This document shows positions 26,340 to 36,344 of a DNA stretch of 64,000 nt, piece after piece. The notes beneath the pieces are model-generated. The model was not told the origin of the DNA and did not search any database. It saw nothing but the letters and a program-made list of their open reading frames with translations. Numbering within the stretch: the stretch's first letter is position 1; the number at the start of each line of letters is the position of its first letter. The translations under genes were made by a program, and so were the position numbers. Source of the stretch: a bacterium. GTDB lineage: Bacteria; J088; JAWLBW01. The stretch lies in assembly GCA_041690355.1 (NCBI GenBank), contig JAWLHK010000009.1, positions 1-64,000 of the forward strand. Direction: 5' to 3'.

Positions 26340-27950
26340 ATGACTTTCGGGCGGCGCCTCCACTGTACCGGCACGCGGCTCCTGGCTGCCGTGCTGCTCG
26401 CCGCGCTGCTCGGAGCGGTCTCCGGCGCACGGGCCGAAACGCCGCGGCCGCCGCCCTCGCGCACTATCGACGGGTTCAGCATTGATTCCGCCCGAGTGGC
26501 GGCCGCCTACGGTGCCCGGCCTGAACGGCGCGTCTGGACCGGTTCGACCGAAGCGGTCGCCCGGGCCGATGCCGTGCTCGCCTTTCTGGCCCGCGCCTAC
26601 GAAGACGGTCTGGACCCCCACGATTACGCCATCGAGCCGCTCGCCCGGCGGCTGGCCGGCCCGGAGCGAATGGACGACGACACCGAGCTGCTCTTTACCC
26701 ATGCGCTGCTTGAATACGTGCGCGACATGAAGACCGGCCGCGTCGCCCCGCGCAATTTCGACCCCAATCTCTACGTGGCGCCGCCGGCGGTCGACCTCAC
26801 CGTCCTGTACGAAAGCATCGTGAGCGCACCCCATCCGGTCGCGCGCGTGGCTGCGCTGGCCCCGGCGCACCCCGAGTACCGGCGGCTGCGCCGCGCGCTG
26901 GCTGAATACCGGCAGATCCGCGACCGCGGCGGCTTCACCCCCGTTCCCGCCGGTCCCTCCCTGCGCCAGGGCGATCAGGACGAACGAGTCGCGGACCTGC
27001 GCCAGCGCCTCACAGAAGAAGGCTACCTGGCTGCTTCGACCGAGACCACCTACACGGCCTCGGTCCAGGCGGCGGTCGGCCGCTTTCAGGCCAACCACGG
27101 ACTCGAGGTCGACGGCATCGCCGGCCGCCGCACGCTGGCCGCGATGAACGAGAGCGTCGACGAACACATCCGCATGCTGATCCTGAACCTCGAACGCTGG
27201 CGCTGGCTCCCCGACGACCTCGGGCGCCGGCACGTGCGCGTGAACATCGCCGACTTCAGCGTGCGCGCCATGGAGGGGTCGCGCGAGGTCGGCCGCGCGA
27301 AGGCGATCGTGGGCAAGCCGGCGCGCATGACGCCGGTCTTCTCCAGCGTCATCACGCAGGTTCTCTTTCAGCCCTACTGGTATGTGCCCGAACGGATCGC
27401 GCGGGAAGATATCCTCCCGCAGCTGCAGCGTAACCCCGCATTTCTCGCGGCCGAGCGGTTTACCGTCTTCCGGCGCGAAGGCGCGCGGCTGGTGCGCGTC
27501 GACGAGCCGATCGACTGGGGCGCGCTCACGGCGACCAAGCCATTTCCCTACGTCCTGCGCCAGGACACGGGCCCCCGCAACGCCCTGGGCCCGATCAAGT
27601 TCGACATCGTGAACGACTGGGATATCTACATGCATGGGACGCCGGCGCAGCACCTCTTCGCGTCGACCGAGCGCGCTTACAGTTCCGGCTGCATCCGTCT
27701 CGAGACACCGCTCGACCTTGCCCACTTCATTTTCGAACACGATCCATCGGTCGATCGCGAACGCATCGATGCGTTATACTATCAGGCAGCCAGAGAGCCG
27801 CAGGGGCCACCGGTTATCGTGCCCCTGTCTGAGCCGATCCCGGTGCACATTCTGTACTGGACGGCCTGGGCCGACGAGGCCGGCGACGTACACTTCGTCG
27901 GCGACGTGTACGGGCGAGACAGGCTCCTGGCGAAGGCGCTGAGCCTTTGA
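26340..27950 (+). CDS. ldtD: L,D-transpeptidase, YcbB/LdtD family
   Basis: Peptidoglycan-binding domain (FQANHGLEVDG), NLERWRWLP, IYMHGTP...SSGCIRL. Confidence 0.92.
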   Translation: MTFGRRLHCTGTRLLAAVLLAALLGAVSGARAETPRPPPSRTIDGFSIDSARVAAAYGARPERRVWTGSTEAVARADAVLAFLARAYEDGLDPHDYAIEPLARRLAGPERMDDDTELLFTHALLEYVRDMKTGRVAPRNFDPNLYVAPPAVDLTVLYESIVSAPHPVARVAALAPAHPEYRRLRRALAEYRQIRDRGGFTPVPAGPSLRQGDQDERVADLRQRLTEEGYLAASTETTYTASVQAAVGRFQANHGLEVDGIAGRRTLAAMNESVDEHIRMLILNLERWRWLPDDLGRRHVRVNIADFSVRAMEGSREVGRAKAIVGKPARMTPVFSSVITQVLFQPYWYVPERIAREDILPQLQRNPAFLAAERFTVFRREGARLVRVDEPIDWGALTATKPFPYVLRQDTGPRNALGPIKFDIVNDWDIYMHGTPAQHLFASTERAYSSGCIRLETPLDLAHFIFEHDPSVDRERIDALYYQAAREPQGPPVIVPLSEPIPVHILYWTAWADEAGDVHFVGDVYGRDRLLAKALSL

Positions 27951-27976
27951 CGAGAGGATGAGGACTGAGAAACGCG

Positions 27977-28516
27977 ATGGCCTGGACGAGACGTGACTTT
28001 CTGCGCTCCGGACTGATGGCCGCCGGCATGCTCGCGCTGCCGCGCTGGGCCCGGGCGGCGACGGAGCCCGAGGTCAAGACCCTCTCGTTCTACCACCTGC
28101 ATACCGGCGAGCGCCTGCGCCGGATTCCTTTCTGGGAACAGGGGGAGTTCGTGCCGGATGCGCTCCACGAGATCAATCGCCTGCTGCGCGATTTCCGTAC
28201 AGGCGAAGTCGCCGAAATCGACCGCGGCGTGCTCGACATTCTCTTTCGCCTTCGCGAGTCGACGGGTAGCGCGAATGCATTCCACATCATCAGCGGTTTT
28301 CGCTCGTCGGCGACGAACGCCATGCTGCGCACGAAGTCGCGAGGGGTGGCCAAAGGGAGTCTCCACACGCGCGGCATGGCCATCGACGTCCGCCTTCCGG
28401 GCACGCAATTGAAGGCGCTGCGTCAGGCGGCCCTCGACTTGAAGGCCGGCGGGGTGGGATACTACCCGAAATCAGACTTCGTGCACGTCGATACCGGCCG
28501 CGTCCGCTGGTGGTGA
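27977..28516 (+). CDS. mepK: Peptidase M15, YcbK/MepK (DUF882)
   Basis: Tat motif TRRDFL, ISGFRS, SLHTRGMAID, FVHVDTG; canonical position after ldtD. Confidence 0.92.
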   Translation: MAWTRRDFLRSGLMAAGMLALPRWARAATEPEVKTLSFYHLHTGERLRRIPFWEQGEFVPDALHEINRLLRDFRTGEVAEIDRGVLDILFRLRESTGSANAFHIISGFRSSATNAMLRTKSRGVAKGSLHTRGMAIDVRLPGTQLKALRQAALDLKAGGVGYYPKSDFVHVDTGRVRWW

Positions 28517-28578
28517 CCGGCGCTTTTCTCCGGCGCCCCTGCATCCGCCGCAACCGGGAATCGACACTGGGGGGAATC

Positions 28579-29793
28579 ATGCGCCGGGCCATTCCGCTTT
28601 TTGCCTTTTTCGCTTGCTGCAACCCCGGCCCCGAGTCCGCGATGGTCACGTATCATCAGGACGTGGCCCCGATTCTGGCGGCCAACTGTGTCGGATGCCA
28701 CCGCGAGGGGGGCGCCGCACCGTTCCCCCTGGAAACCTACGAGCAGGCGAAGGCCTATGCCTCGCTCATCCGGCAGGTGACCGAAGAGCGCCGAATGCCG
28801 CCGGTCAACATGGACGCCAGCGGAGCCTGCCAGCCGTTTGCGGATACGCCCTATCTGAGCGAGGCGCAACTCAAGGCGATCCGCGACTGGGCGCAATCGG
28901 GTGCCGAGCCGGGAGACCCGCGGGACCACAGCGCCCTCATCCCCCGGCAGGCGACGCTCGACAATCCAACGACGACCGTCACGGTCGGCGGCTACACGCC
29001 TGACGATTCCACCGCTGACGACTACCGCTGCTTCGTGGTCAATCCGGACTTGACGCGCCAGGCCTACCTGACGGCCTTCGAGGTCCGGCCCGGTTCTGCC
29101 GCGCAGGATCACCACATGATCCTCTATCTCCCCACCGACGATGACGCCGAGCAGGCCGCCCTCGAGAGTGACGCCGCCGAGCCCGGTACCGGCTACACAT
29201 GCTACGGGGGACCCGGCGTGTCGGCATCGGCCGTCGCCGGGTGGGCGCCCGGGACGGGCGCGACCGCCTATCCCGAGGGGACCGGCGTGCGCATCCCCGC
29301 GGGCCGGCAGATGATTATCCAGATGCACTTCAATACCGTCAACGGCGTCGAACCGGACACCACAGAAATCGCACTGCAGCTCGCACAGACGGTCCGCAAG
29401 CAGGGATACCTGGCGCCGATCGCCGATGGACGCATGGTGCTTCCCGCCGGAGAAGAACGTGCGCAGTGGACGTTCGACTGGCCCCTGTCCCAGGGGCCGC
29501 AGTTTCCCGGCCTCATCCACGCCGCATTTCCCCACATGCACAAGCGCGGCGTCTCGATGCGGGTCGACATCGTCGACGGCGACGAAGAAACATGCCTGAG
29601 TGACGTGCCCCGTTGGGACTTCAACTGGCAACGGTTCTTTTTCTACGAGGAGCCCGTCCCGTACTACCCGACGTCCACGGGAGCCATCCGCACGGCATGC
29701 GTCTTCGACACGAGCGGCGACACGGTGCCCGTCACCTGGGGCGAAGGGACGGACGACGAGATGTGCCTGACCTATTTCTACGTCACGTTCTGA
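28579..29793 (+). CDS. Lipoprotein with cytochrome c motif and copper type II (PHM/DBH-like) monooxygenase domains
   Basis: CVGCH; DDYRCF; HH, QMHF, PHMH and EMC copper-ligand motifs. Confidence 0.82.
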   Translation: MRRAIPLFAFFACCNPGPESAMVTYHQDVAPILAANCVGCHREGGAAPFPLETYEQAKAYASLIRQVTEERRMPPVNMDASGACQPFADTPYLSEAQLKAIRDWAQSGAEPGDPRDHSALIPRQATLDNPTTTVTVGGYTPDDSTADDYRCFVVNPDLTRQAYLTAFEVRPGSAAQDHHMILYLPTDDDAEQAALESDAAEPGTGYTCYGGPGVSASAVAGWAPGTGATAYPEGTGVRIPAGRQMIIQMHFNTVNGVEPDTTEIALQLAQTVRKQGYLAPIADGRMVLPAGEERAQWTFDWPLSQGPQFPGLIHAAFPHMHKRGVSMRVDIVDGDEETCLSDVPRWDFNWQRFFFYEEPVPYYPTSTGAIRTACVFDTSGDTVPVTWGEGTDDEMCLTYFYVTF

Positions 29794-29901
29794 GCGGCGA
29801 ACATTTCCGGACAAAGCGCCGAGCGCCGCGCCAAGCGCCAATGAAACAAGGCCACTTCCACGCGGTTCACGAGAGCACGTCCGAGCCGGGATGGGTCCAC
29901 G

Positions 29902-30004
29902 CACTCGTCACTCGTCACTCGTCACTCGTCACTCGTCACTCGTCACTCGTCACTCGTCACTCGTCACTCGTCACTGCCCCAATCGTCAATCGTAAATTGT
30001 CAAT
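29902..30004. repeat. Perfect (CACTCGT) x10 microsatellite followed by an AATCGT(C/A) block
   Basis: 29902-29975 perfect repeat; aatcgtcaatcgtaaattgtcaat at 29981-30004. Confidence 0.95.
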
Positions 30005-30033
30005 TTTCCCGACCGTCCGGTAGAATAGCCTGC

Positions 30034-30612
30034 ATGCCTTCGACGCATGAAAGATTGCTCGCCGACGCCCTCGCCCCCCTTTCGCGCCGCCGCTTTTTTC
30101 TGGGCGCCGCCGCGGGCCTCGGCACGACCGTGGCCGCCTGCACGTCCGGTTCCGCAACGGGGCTCCCCGCAGACCTGCAGACCCTGACCCCCGGCGAATA
30201 CCGGCTCTTTCAGCGCCTTGCCGCCGTGTTTCTGCCGACAACGGCCGTCGGGCTCACGCCGGTCGAAAAGGTTCCCCTCTTTCGGAACATCGATCACATG
30301 CTCGGTCTCCTTCCAGAGCCGCTGCGCAACGACCTCGGCCTCGGCCTCAAACTCTTCGACTACGGCAGCTACGTCATCGGCTGGCATTTCAGCCCGTTCC
30401 ACCGACTCGACGACGCATCGGCCGAAACCTACTGCCGCGCGTGGCAGGACGGCAACGAGATCCAGCGCGGCCTCTTTCAGGCGCTGCGGCAGATCGTCTA
30501 CATGTCTTACTGGCGCGAACCCGACACCTGGGCCCCCATCGACTACGACGGCCCGGTCACCGCGAAGTGGGGCATTCCCCGCCTCGGCAACGCGCCCCTT
30601 CCTGCGGAGTAA
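30034..30612 (+). CDS. Tat-signal small subunit (gluconate 2-dehydrogenase subunit 3-like)
   Basis: SRRRFF Tat motif; MSYWREPDTWAPIDYDGP; precedes a GMC gene. Confidence 0.75.
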   Translation: MPSTHERLLADALAPLSRRRFFLGAAAGLGTTVAACTSGSATGLPADLQTLTPGEYRLFQRLAAVFLPTTAVGLTPVEKVPLFRNIDHMLGLLPEPLRNDLGLGLKLFDYGSYVIGWHFSPFHRLDDASAETYCRAWQDGNEIQRGLFQALRQIVYMSYWREPDTWAPIDYDGPVTAKWGIPRLGNAPLPAE

Positions 30613-30615
30613 CCG

Positions 30616-32169
30616 GTGGCAGCGAACGTCAATGCCGGAGACCGGCTCCCCATCCGCGAAGCGCGCAACACGCGGGAAAAAAACATCGACCTCTCAGCCG
30701 ACGTGGTCGTCGTCGGCTCGGGGGGCGGCGGTGCCGTCATGGCCTACGAGCTCGCCGCCGCCGGCAAGTCGGTAATCGTGCTCGAGGCGGGGCCCTACGT
30801 TCCCTCGACGGAATTCACGGAGCGGTATGCCGACATGTTCAGCCGCCTCTACGCCGACCATGGCGGCCAGACCAACACGACCGCAGACCTGGCCATCCTC
30901 CAGGGCCGGTGTGTCGGCGGCTCTACGGTCGTGAACGGCGCCGTCTGTTTTCGCACCCCTGCAAATATTCTGGCGGAATGGCGGCGCGACCACGGGCTGA
31001 CCGAGTTCACGCCCGAACGGCTTGCGCCGTATTTCGAGAAGGTCGAGAAACGGCTCTCCGTCCACACGAACGAGCCGCACGAGATCAACGAAAACAGCCG
31101 TATCCTCGAGCGCGGGTGCGAGGCGCTGAACTATTCGAGCAAGCCGCTCGCGCGGAACACGAAGGATTGCTCGCTGAGCGGATTCTGTCTTGCCGGGTGC
31201 GCTTCGGATCGCAAGCAGTCGATGCTGGTCACCTACATTCCCTGGGCCATCGCAAAGGGTGCCCAAGTGTTCGCCGATACCACGGCAGATCGGATTCTGA
31301 CGGAAAACGGGCGCGCCGTAGGCGTCGAAGGCGAGATGCGCGATCCGGAATCCGGCGCGCTCAAGGCGACCGTGCGTGTCCGGGCAAAGGCGGTCGTCCT
31401 TGCCGCCGGCGCAGTGCAGACGCCGATCCTCCTGCAGAAGAACGGCCTCGCCGACTCGAGCGGTCAGGTCGGCCGTAACTTTGCCTGCCACCCTTCGCTC
31501 GGGTTCTTCGCCCTCTTCCCCGAGAAGGTTTACGGCTATCGGGGCGCCACGCTCGGGAGCTACTGCGACGAGTTCGAGGCGCCGGAAAAAGGCGGCTTCA
31601 TTCTCGAGGGGGGCACGGCAGGGGCCGACTTTATCGCCATGCTCGCCCCGGCGTTCGGCCGCGAAAATCTTGACGTCATGAAGCGCTTTGCGCACATTGC
31701 GGGCATGGTCAGCCTGATCCATGATCGCAACGTGGGCCGCGTCAAGTGGACCGGAAAGAAGAAGGAAATTCAATACGCCATCGATCCGGCCGACCAGCCG
31801 ACTATCCGTCAGTGCATGGTGACGGCATCGCGCATCTTCTTCGCCGCAGGCGCCGAGGAGGTCATTCTCCCGACCTACCAGCCGCTGCGGGTGCGGTCCA
31901 TGGACGAAGTCGAACGGATCGTTCCGCAGCTCGACCTTGGCCCGCACCGGCTGCACTTGACGTCCTATCACCCGCAGGGTACCTGTCGGATGGGCGCCGA
32001 TCCGAGCCGCTCCGTCGTCCGGCCGGACGGCAGGACGCACGACGTGCCCGGGCTGTGGATTGCAGACGCGAGCCTGTTTCCCACCTCGATCATGGTCAAT
32101 CCCCAGATCTCGGTGTTCGCCCTGTCGACGTGGATCAGCGAGCGACTGCACGCTTCACTCGAAGGTTGA
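30616..32169 (+). CDS. GMC family oxidoreductase
   Basis: VVGSGGGG, GRCVGGSTVVNG, HPQGTCRMG, ADASLFPTSIMVNPQ. Confidence 0.93.
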   Translation: MAANVNAGDRLPIREARNTREKNIDLSADVVVVGSGGGGAVMAYELAAAGKSVIVLEAGPYVPSTEFTERYADMFSRLYADHGGQTNTTADLAILQGRCVGGSTVVNGAVCFRTPANILAEWRRDHGLTEFTPERLAPYFEKVEKRLSVHTNEPHEINENSRILERGCEALNYSSKPLARNTKDCSLSGFCLAGCASDRKQSMLVTYIPWAIAKGAQVFADTTADRILTENGRAVGVEGEMRDPESGALKATVRVRAKAVVLAAGAVQTPILLQKNGLADSSGQVGRNFACHPSLGFFALFPEKVYGYRGATLGSYCDEFEAPEKGGFILEGGTAGADFIAMLAPAFGRENLDVMKRFAHIAGMVSLIHDRNVGRVKWTGKKKEIQYAIDPADQPTIRQCMVTASRIFFAAGAEEVILPTYQPLRVRSMDEVERIVPQLDLGPHRLHLTSYHPQGTCRMGADPSRSVVRPDGRTHDVPGLWIADASLFPTSIMVNPQISVFALSTWISERLHASLEG

Positions 32170-32192
32170 CCTTCCCGTTGGATCTGCCGGGA

Positions 32193-33497
32193 TCAGACCG
32201 GAACGCGTTCTCCAGCCTGAATCAATCCTTCCAGGCTTTCGCGCCAGAGGCGCTCCACTTCTTCCACCGCAGAGGCGGTCAGGTTGTCGCGTCCGCTGAC
32301 GGCCACGCTCAGGCGCCCGGCGAAGCTCGTGACGAGGGCGATGGGCGCTGGAAAGTCGAGTACCGACGGCGGCGTCATCCAGGCGTCTTCACACCGGTCG
32401 CCGAAGGGAGCAAGATACGGGTCCATGACCCCCACGTTGGTCATCACCTGACCCCGATGGCCCTGCAGGCGCACCAGGCGCTTGATGATCCGCCCGATGC
32501 CGATTGCGAGTCCGTCGACGATCCACCCGAAGAGAACGAGCGGAACCAGATTGGAACCGAGCCCCGGCAACCGCGATTTCTGCTCTCCCGTGACTTTGCA
32601 TACGCGGGCCAAGGCCGCGCGCGGGTCCCCGACCTGCTGTGCATCCAGGGTAACCATGTCGAACCCGCTCAGGTTGGCGACGATTGGCCGCGGCTCGCCG
32701 AGGAACCGGCGCAGGTTGATGGTATAAAAGGCGCCCACGGTCTTCTCACCGACTCTCCGGGCCGCCACTCCCAGGGCGGCGAGCACGAGGCCGTCGTTGA
32801 TCGTCGCCCCCTCTCCACGGCAGAAGTCATGCAGACGCGACGTCTCGCTCTCGTTCAATAGAAGGCGACGGACGGGGAGCGGCGTACGGCCCGTCCGGTT
32901 GCGCTCGAAACCGGCACTCCAGATCGCAAGGAAGGGAACCGAGAGGGTGCGGACCATTTCTCCAAACATCGCACGCAGAGCCGGGATCAGTTGGCCCGGG
33001 CCGAGTGCGCGGGCGATCTGCCACACCGATCGGCTGCCGCCGACGGGCGCAACGTGACCGGTGCCTGTCAGCTGTGCGGCAAGCTCCTGCATGACCGTCA
33101 ACACGCCGTTGCCGTCGGCGACGAGGTGCGGCAGATTGAGGATGAGCCGCGTGCGCCCCTCACCCCGCAGCACGGTGAGGCGGATCGGCCGTTCGCGCTC
33201 CGGAGCGATCTCCTCGGCGATGGCCGCCTGCGTGCGCCGGTCGAGGTCGACGGGCCACGTTTCGATGCAGACCGATGCGCCGGCGGGCGCGTCGACCGGA
33301 ACCCACCGGCAACGCCAGAAGCGGCGCTCGAAACGGCAGTCGAGCACCGGGTGCACGCCGAGAAGGCGCCCGAAGGCAGCTTCGATTTCTGCGTGGGTCC
33401 ACGAAAGACGGACGTCCGCCACGACCGCCAGCTGTCCGAGCTCGGTGCCCAGCAGTCCGACCTCAATGAATTCCGCTCGCATAGACCTACGTTCCAT
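32193..33497 (-). CDS. Stand-alone condensation-domain/CoA-dependent acyltransferase
   Basis: PHLVADGNG (HxxxDG), ATINDGLV, INLRRFL, TNVG. Confidence 0.8.
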   Translation of the reverse strand: MERRSMRAEFIEVGLLGTELGQLAVVADVRLSWTHAEIEAAFGRLLGVHPVLDCRFERRFWRCRWVPVDAPAGASVCIETWPVDLDRRTQAAIAEEIAPERERPIRLTVLRGEGRTRLILNLPHLVADGNGVLTVMQELAAQLTGTGHVAPVGGSRSVWQIARALGPGQLIPALRAMFGEMVRTLSVPFLAIWSAGFERNRTGRTPLPVRRLLLNESETSRLHDFCRGEGATINDGLVLAALGVAARRVGEKTVGAFYTINLRRFLGEPRPIVANLSGFDMVTLDAQQVGDPRAALARVCKVTGEQKSRLPGLGSNLVPLVLFGWIVDGLAIGIGRIIKRLVRLQGHRGQVMTNVGVMDPYLAPFGDRCEDAWMTPPSVLDFPAPIALVTSFAGRLSVAVSGRDNLTASAVEEVERLWRESLEGLIQAGERVPV

Positions 33498-33557
33498 GCG
33501 CCTACGATACCAGCCCCCGACCCGCCCCCGCCCCGCCGCCGCATTCCCCCGAGCCTT

Positions 33558-33641
33558 GACCGGCGACCGACGACCGAAGGCTGAGGACTGACGATTCACG
33601 ACTCATGACTTTGGACTGCAGACTGTTGACTGAGGACCGGC
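33558..33641. repeat. Degenerate 12-unit array with strict 7-bp period (mostly GAC-Y-NNN)
   Basis: gaccggc gaccgac gaccgaa ggctgag gactgac gattcac gactcat gactttg gactgca gactgtt gactgag gaccggc. Confidence 0.8.
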
Positions 33642-33681
33642 CGGTTGCACCCGCCCTCCCCACCGACTACCATAACCCCTC

Positions 33682-34557
33682 ATGAGCCGCCCTCTCGTCT
33701 TCGCCGCCCGCACCGCGGGTCTCGCCAACCGCCTGCGCGCCCTGGTCGGGTGGGAAGCACTCGCGCACTTCCGCAACATGCCGTTCGCACTGTACTGGAA
33801 ACCGACGCACGAGTGCGATGCCGGTTTCGCCGATCTTTTCGAGGCCGGCGACTACCGGCTGATCGGCCGGGCCGCCTTCGAGCTGCACAAGCGCACCGGC
33901 GCCGAGATCCGCGAAGACCTCTTCTGGTTCACCGCCATCTGGGACCGGTTCGGCAAGGACATCTGCGACTGGGAGCCCTTTCGCGACTTCGCGCTCGATC
34001 AGCTGGCGAACCTGCGCCCGGTTCCTGCAGTTCGCGAAAAACTCGACGCCTTCACGGCCGCTCACGATTTTTCGCGGGTCGAGGGTCTGCACATCCGCAT
34101 GACCGACAATCTTCAGGCCTACGCCAACTGGGCAAAGACGACCCCCGGATTCGAGATGGCTTATGTCTCGAAGCTCGAAGGGTTCATGGGGTACATCGAA
34201 CGGACCCTTGCCGTATCGCCGCAGACGCGCTTCTTCATCGCCACCGACAACGCCGACGTCGAAAAGAAACTTCACGAACGGTACGGAAATACGGTGTTCA
34301 CGTACCCGAAGACCTATACAGGGGGCACCGAACGCGTCGTGTCCCTTCGGCAGCGCAAAGTTTTCAACCTGGAAAAACGCACGTCATCCATCCAGGACGC
34401 GCTCATCGAACTGCTCCTGCTCGCGCGTTGCCAGAAGATCATCGGCACCTACTACAGCAGCTACAGCAAGCTGGCCGGCGCTATCGGCCGCGTGAAGGAG
34501 TCCTACGAGCTGCGCGGCGACGATCCCCACCTCGCCTCCATCGCCAAGCACGTCTGA
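33682..34557 (+). CDS. Fucosyltransferase-superfamily glycosyltransferase (NodZ/GT11/GT23-like)
   Basis: AGLANRL, GLHIRMTD, FFIATDN, LLARCQKIIGTYYSSYS (three GDP-fucose motifs). Confidence 0.75.
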   Translation: MSRPLVFAARTAGLANRLRALVGWEALAHFRNMPFALYWKPTHECDAGFADLFEAGDYRLIGRAAFELHKRTGAEIREDLFWFTAIWDRFGKDICDWEPFRDFALDQLANLRPVPAVREKLDAFTAAHDFSRVEGLHIRMTDNLQAYANWAKTTPGFEMAYVSKLEGFMGYIERTLAVSPQTRFFIATDNADVEKKLHERYGNTVFTYPKTYTGGTERVVSLRQRKVFNLEKRTSSIQDALIELLLLARCQKIIGTYYSSYSKLAGAIGRVKESYELRGDDPHLASIAKHV

Positions 34558-34774
34558 CCGGCCGGGACCTGACCGCGGCCCGCGGGTCTCTGCAGACACT
34601 CGCTCCGTGGCCGGTGCGTCACGGCGCCGTGCGGAATTCCCGCTTCGCTCCCCGTCCGCAGAGTTCACTCCGACCGTCGCTGCCGGCGATCGTCGACTAT
34701 CCGGCCCGACGCACTCGCCGGATTCCGCATCTACATGCTGGAATGGGAGCGGAACTTCATCGTGGAGATAGGCC

Positions 34775-35440
34775 ATGGCATTCGAAACCCAGGTTCACAC
34801 GGGTATGACCGTGCGCAGCGCCGACGGCGACAAGCTCGGCAAAGTGCAAGACGTCCGGGGCGAAACGTTCCTCGTGGAAAAAGGCTTCTTCTTCCCCAAG
34901 GACTACACCGCCTCGATGTCGCAGATTCAGGAAATCAGCGACGACACCATCTACCTCAAGTGGGGCACGAAGATGGTCGAGACCGAGTATGACACCGTCT
35001 ACGGAGCCGGATCCTACCAGACCGAAACCGCCAGCGGAGAATGGCGGGATTACACTCCCGGCCGCCCCACCGGAGAGGAAAAGACCATCTCGGCCGCCGA
35101 AGAGAGGGTCGACGTCGAGAGCAAAGGACTTCGCGAAGTCGGCCGGGTTCGCGTCCACAAAGACGTGAAGACCGAGGACGTGCACTTCTCGGTGCCGCTC
35201 CGCCGCGAGGAGGTCCGGATCGAACGCGAACCGGGGCGCGGCTCCGAAGCGGGCGGCAGCGCCTCGTTCCGGGAAGAAGACGTTTCCATCCCCATCCGTG
35301 AAGAGACCATCGAGGTCACGAAGAGGCCGGTCGAAACCGAGCGGGTCCACCTCAGCAAAGAAGAGCAGACCCGGCAGCAGCCGGTGAGCGAGGAAGTGCG
35401 GAAAGAAGAAATCGAGATCCGCGAAGAAGGCCGGCCCTGA
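34775..35440 (+). CDS. YsnF/AvaK (DUF2382) domain stress protein
   Basis: GMTVRSADGDKLGKV...VEKGFFFPKD; AEERVDVE, VPLRREEVRIER, EEVRKEEIE. Confidence 0.85.
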   Translation: MAFETQVHTGMTVRSADGDKLGKVQDVRGETFLVEKGFFFPKDYTASMSQIQEISDDTIYLKWGTKMVETEYDTVYGAGSYQTETASGEWRDYTPGRPTGEEKTISAAEERVDVESKGLREVGRVRVHKDVKTEDVHFSVPLRREEVRIEREPGRGSEAGGSASFREEDVSIPIREETIEVTKRPVETERVHLSKEEQTRQQPVSEEVRKEEIEIREEGRP

Positions 35441-35463
35441 TCCGGTTCAGCCTCTCAAGATGC

Positions 35464-35495
35464 GAACGGCCGCCTTCCGGCGGCCGTTCTTCGTT
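35464..35495 (+). terminator. Hairpin terminator between convergent genes
   Basis: gaacggccgcc-ttcc-ggcggccgttc then ttcgtt. Confidence 0.75.
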
Positions 35496-35501
35496 CGCGA
35501 C

Positions 35502-36296
35502 TCAGCGCCGCTCGCCGGTGTCGAGCATGACCCCGAGGGCAAGCGCCAGGCGGCGATCGACAACGGCTTCCGTGTCGCGCTCGAGCGACAGGACGTACTG
35601 ATCGGTAATCGTGAACTTACGGTCGAACGTGCCGCAGGCTCGGGCGCCGGCCGGATCGAGCAGCACGAAATTCGTGCGCAGCAGCCCGAACAGCGGCCCG
35701 AGCAGTCGGCGCAGCGTCGCTTTGAGCATGGAATCTTCGCGGGCGAGAAAGACGGGCGCTCCGTCGGCTCCGCTTACCGTCCACTTGCGGCGGAAGAGAT
35801 CGTAGAGGTAGTTCTTTTCGAGTCGCCCGATCACCTGGTTCTGCGCATCCTGCACGGTAAAGGAAGCGCGCACCCCCTGAAACCGGCCGTCCTGACGGAT
35901 CGTGAAAAGTGGCTGCGTCCTGGCTTCGTCACGCCAGGCGAAGGTGTCGCGCCTGGGCGAAAGCCGGACGAGCGTCGCGAGAAAGAGAATGGTTCCGATC
36001 AGGAACCCGCCGGCAAAGACGAACGGGGGGAGTTCGCCATTCTGTTCCGCAAGCATGAGCAGAGCCATGACCGCGCCCAGGACGGCAAGACCGGCGGCGA
36101 CGGCGAGCAGTCCGCGCAGGAGACGCGAAGGACGCTCGATGAAGGCCAGCGGGGCGCCCTCGGACGAGGTCACGAGATACGTCTCGGCGACCTTGAAGAC
36201 CTTCTGCCGGATCAGCATCCGATCCGGAAGCGATGCGCTTGCGGCAACCGGCTGCTGCAGGACGGCGCCGCGGGCGCCGGGAACGATGGGCTGCAT
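35502..36296 (-). CDS. LURP-one/scramblase (tubby-like) protein with inserted TM hairpin
   Basis: LIRQKVFKVAETY, FDRKFTITDQY, VDRRLALALGVMLDTGERR; two hydrophobic segments. Confidence 0.7.
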   Translation of the reverse strand: MQPIVPGARGAVLQQPVAASASLPDRMLIRQKVFKVAETYLVTSSEGAPLAFIERPSRLLRGLLAVAAGLAVLGAVMALLMLAEQNGELPPFVFAGGFLIGTILFLATLVRLSPRRDTFAWRDEARTQPLFTIRQDGRFQGVRASFTVQDAQNQVIGRLEKNYLYDLFRRKWTVSGADGAPVFLAREDSMLKATLRRLLGPLFGLLRTNFVLLDPAGARACGTFDRKFTITDQYVLSLERDTEAVVDRRLALALGVMLDTGERR

Positions 36297-36344
36297 GATG
36301 TTCTCCTTTTTGACCGCGCCCGGTGCCGCCGGCGGCGATTGCCG

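Noticed and set aside
8689..27740. Apparent giant fusions in the ORF track (8689-10767, 15855-17282, 19144-20037, 25107-27740; likewise 38151-40037 and 57794-59188)
   Set aside because: N-terminal extensions overlap real genes; true starts lie downstream where family motifs begin
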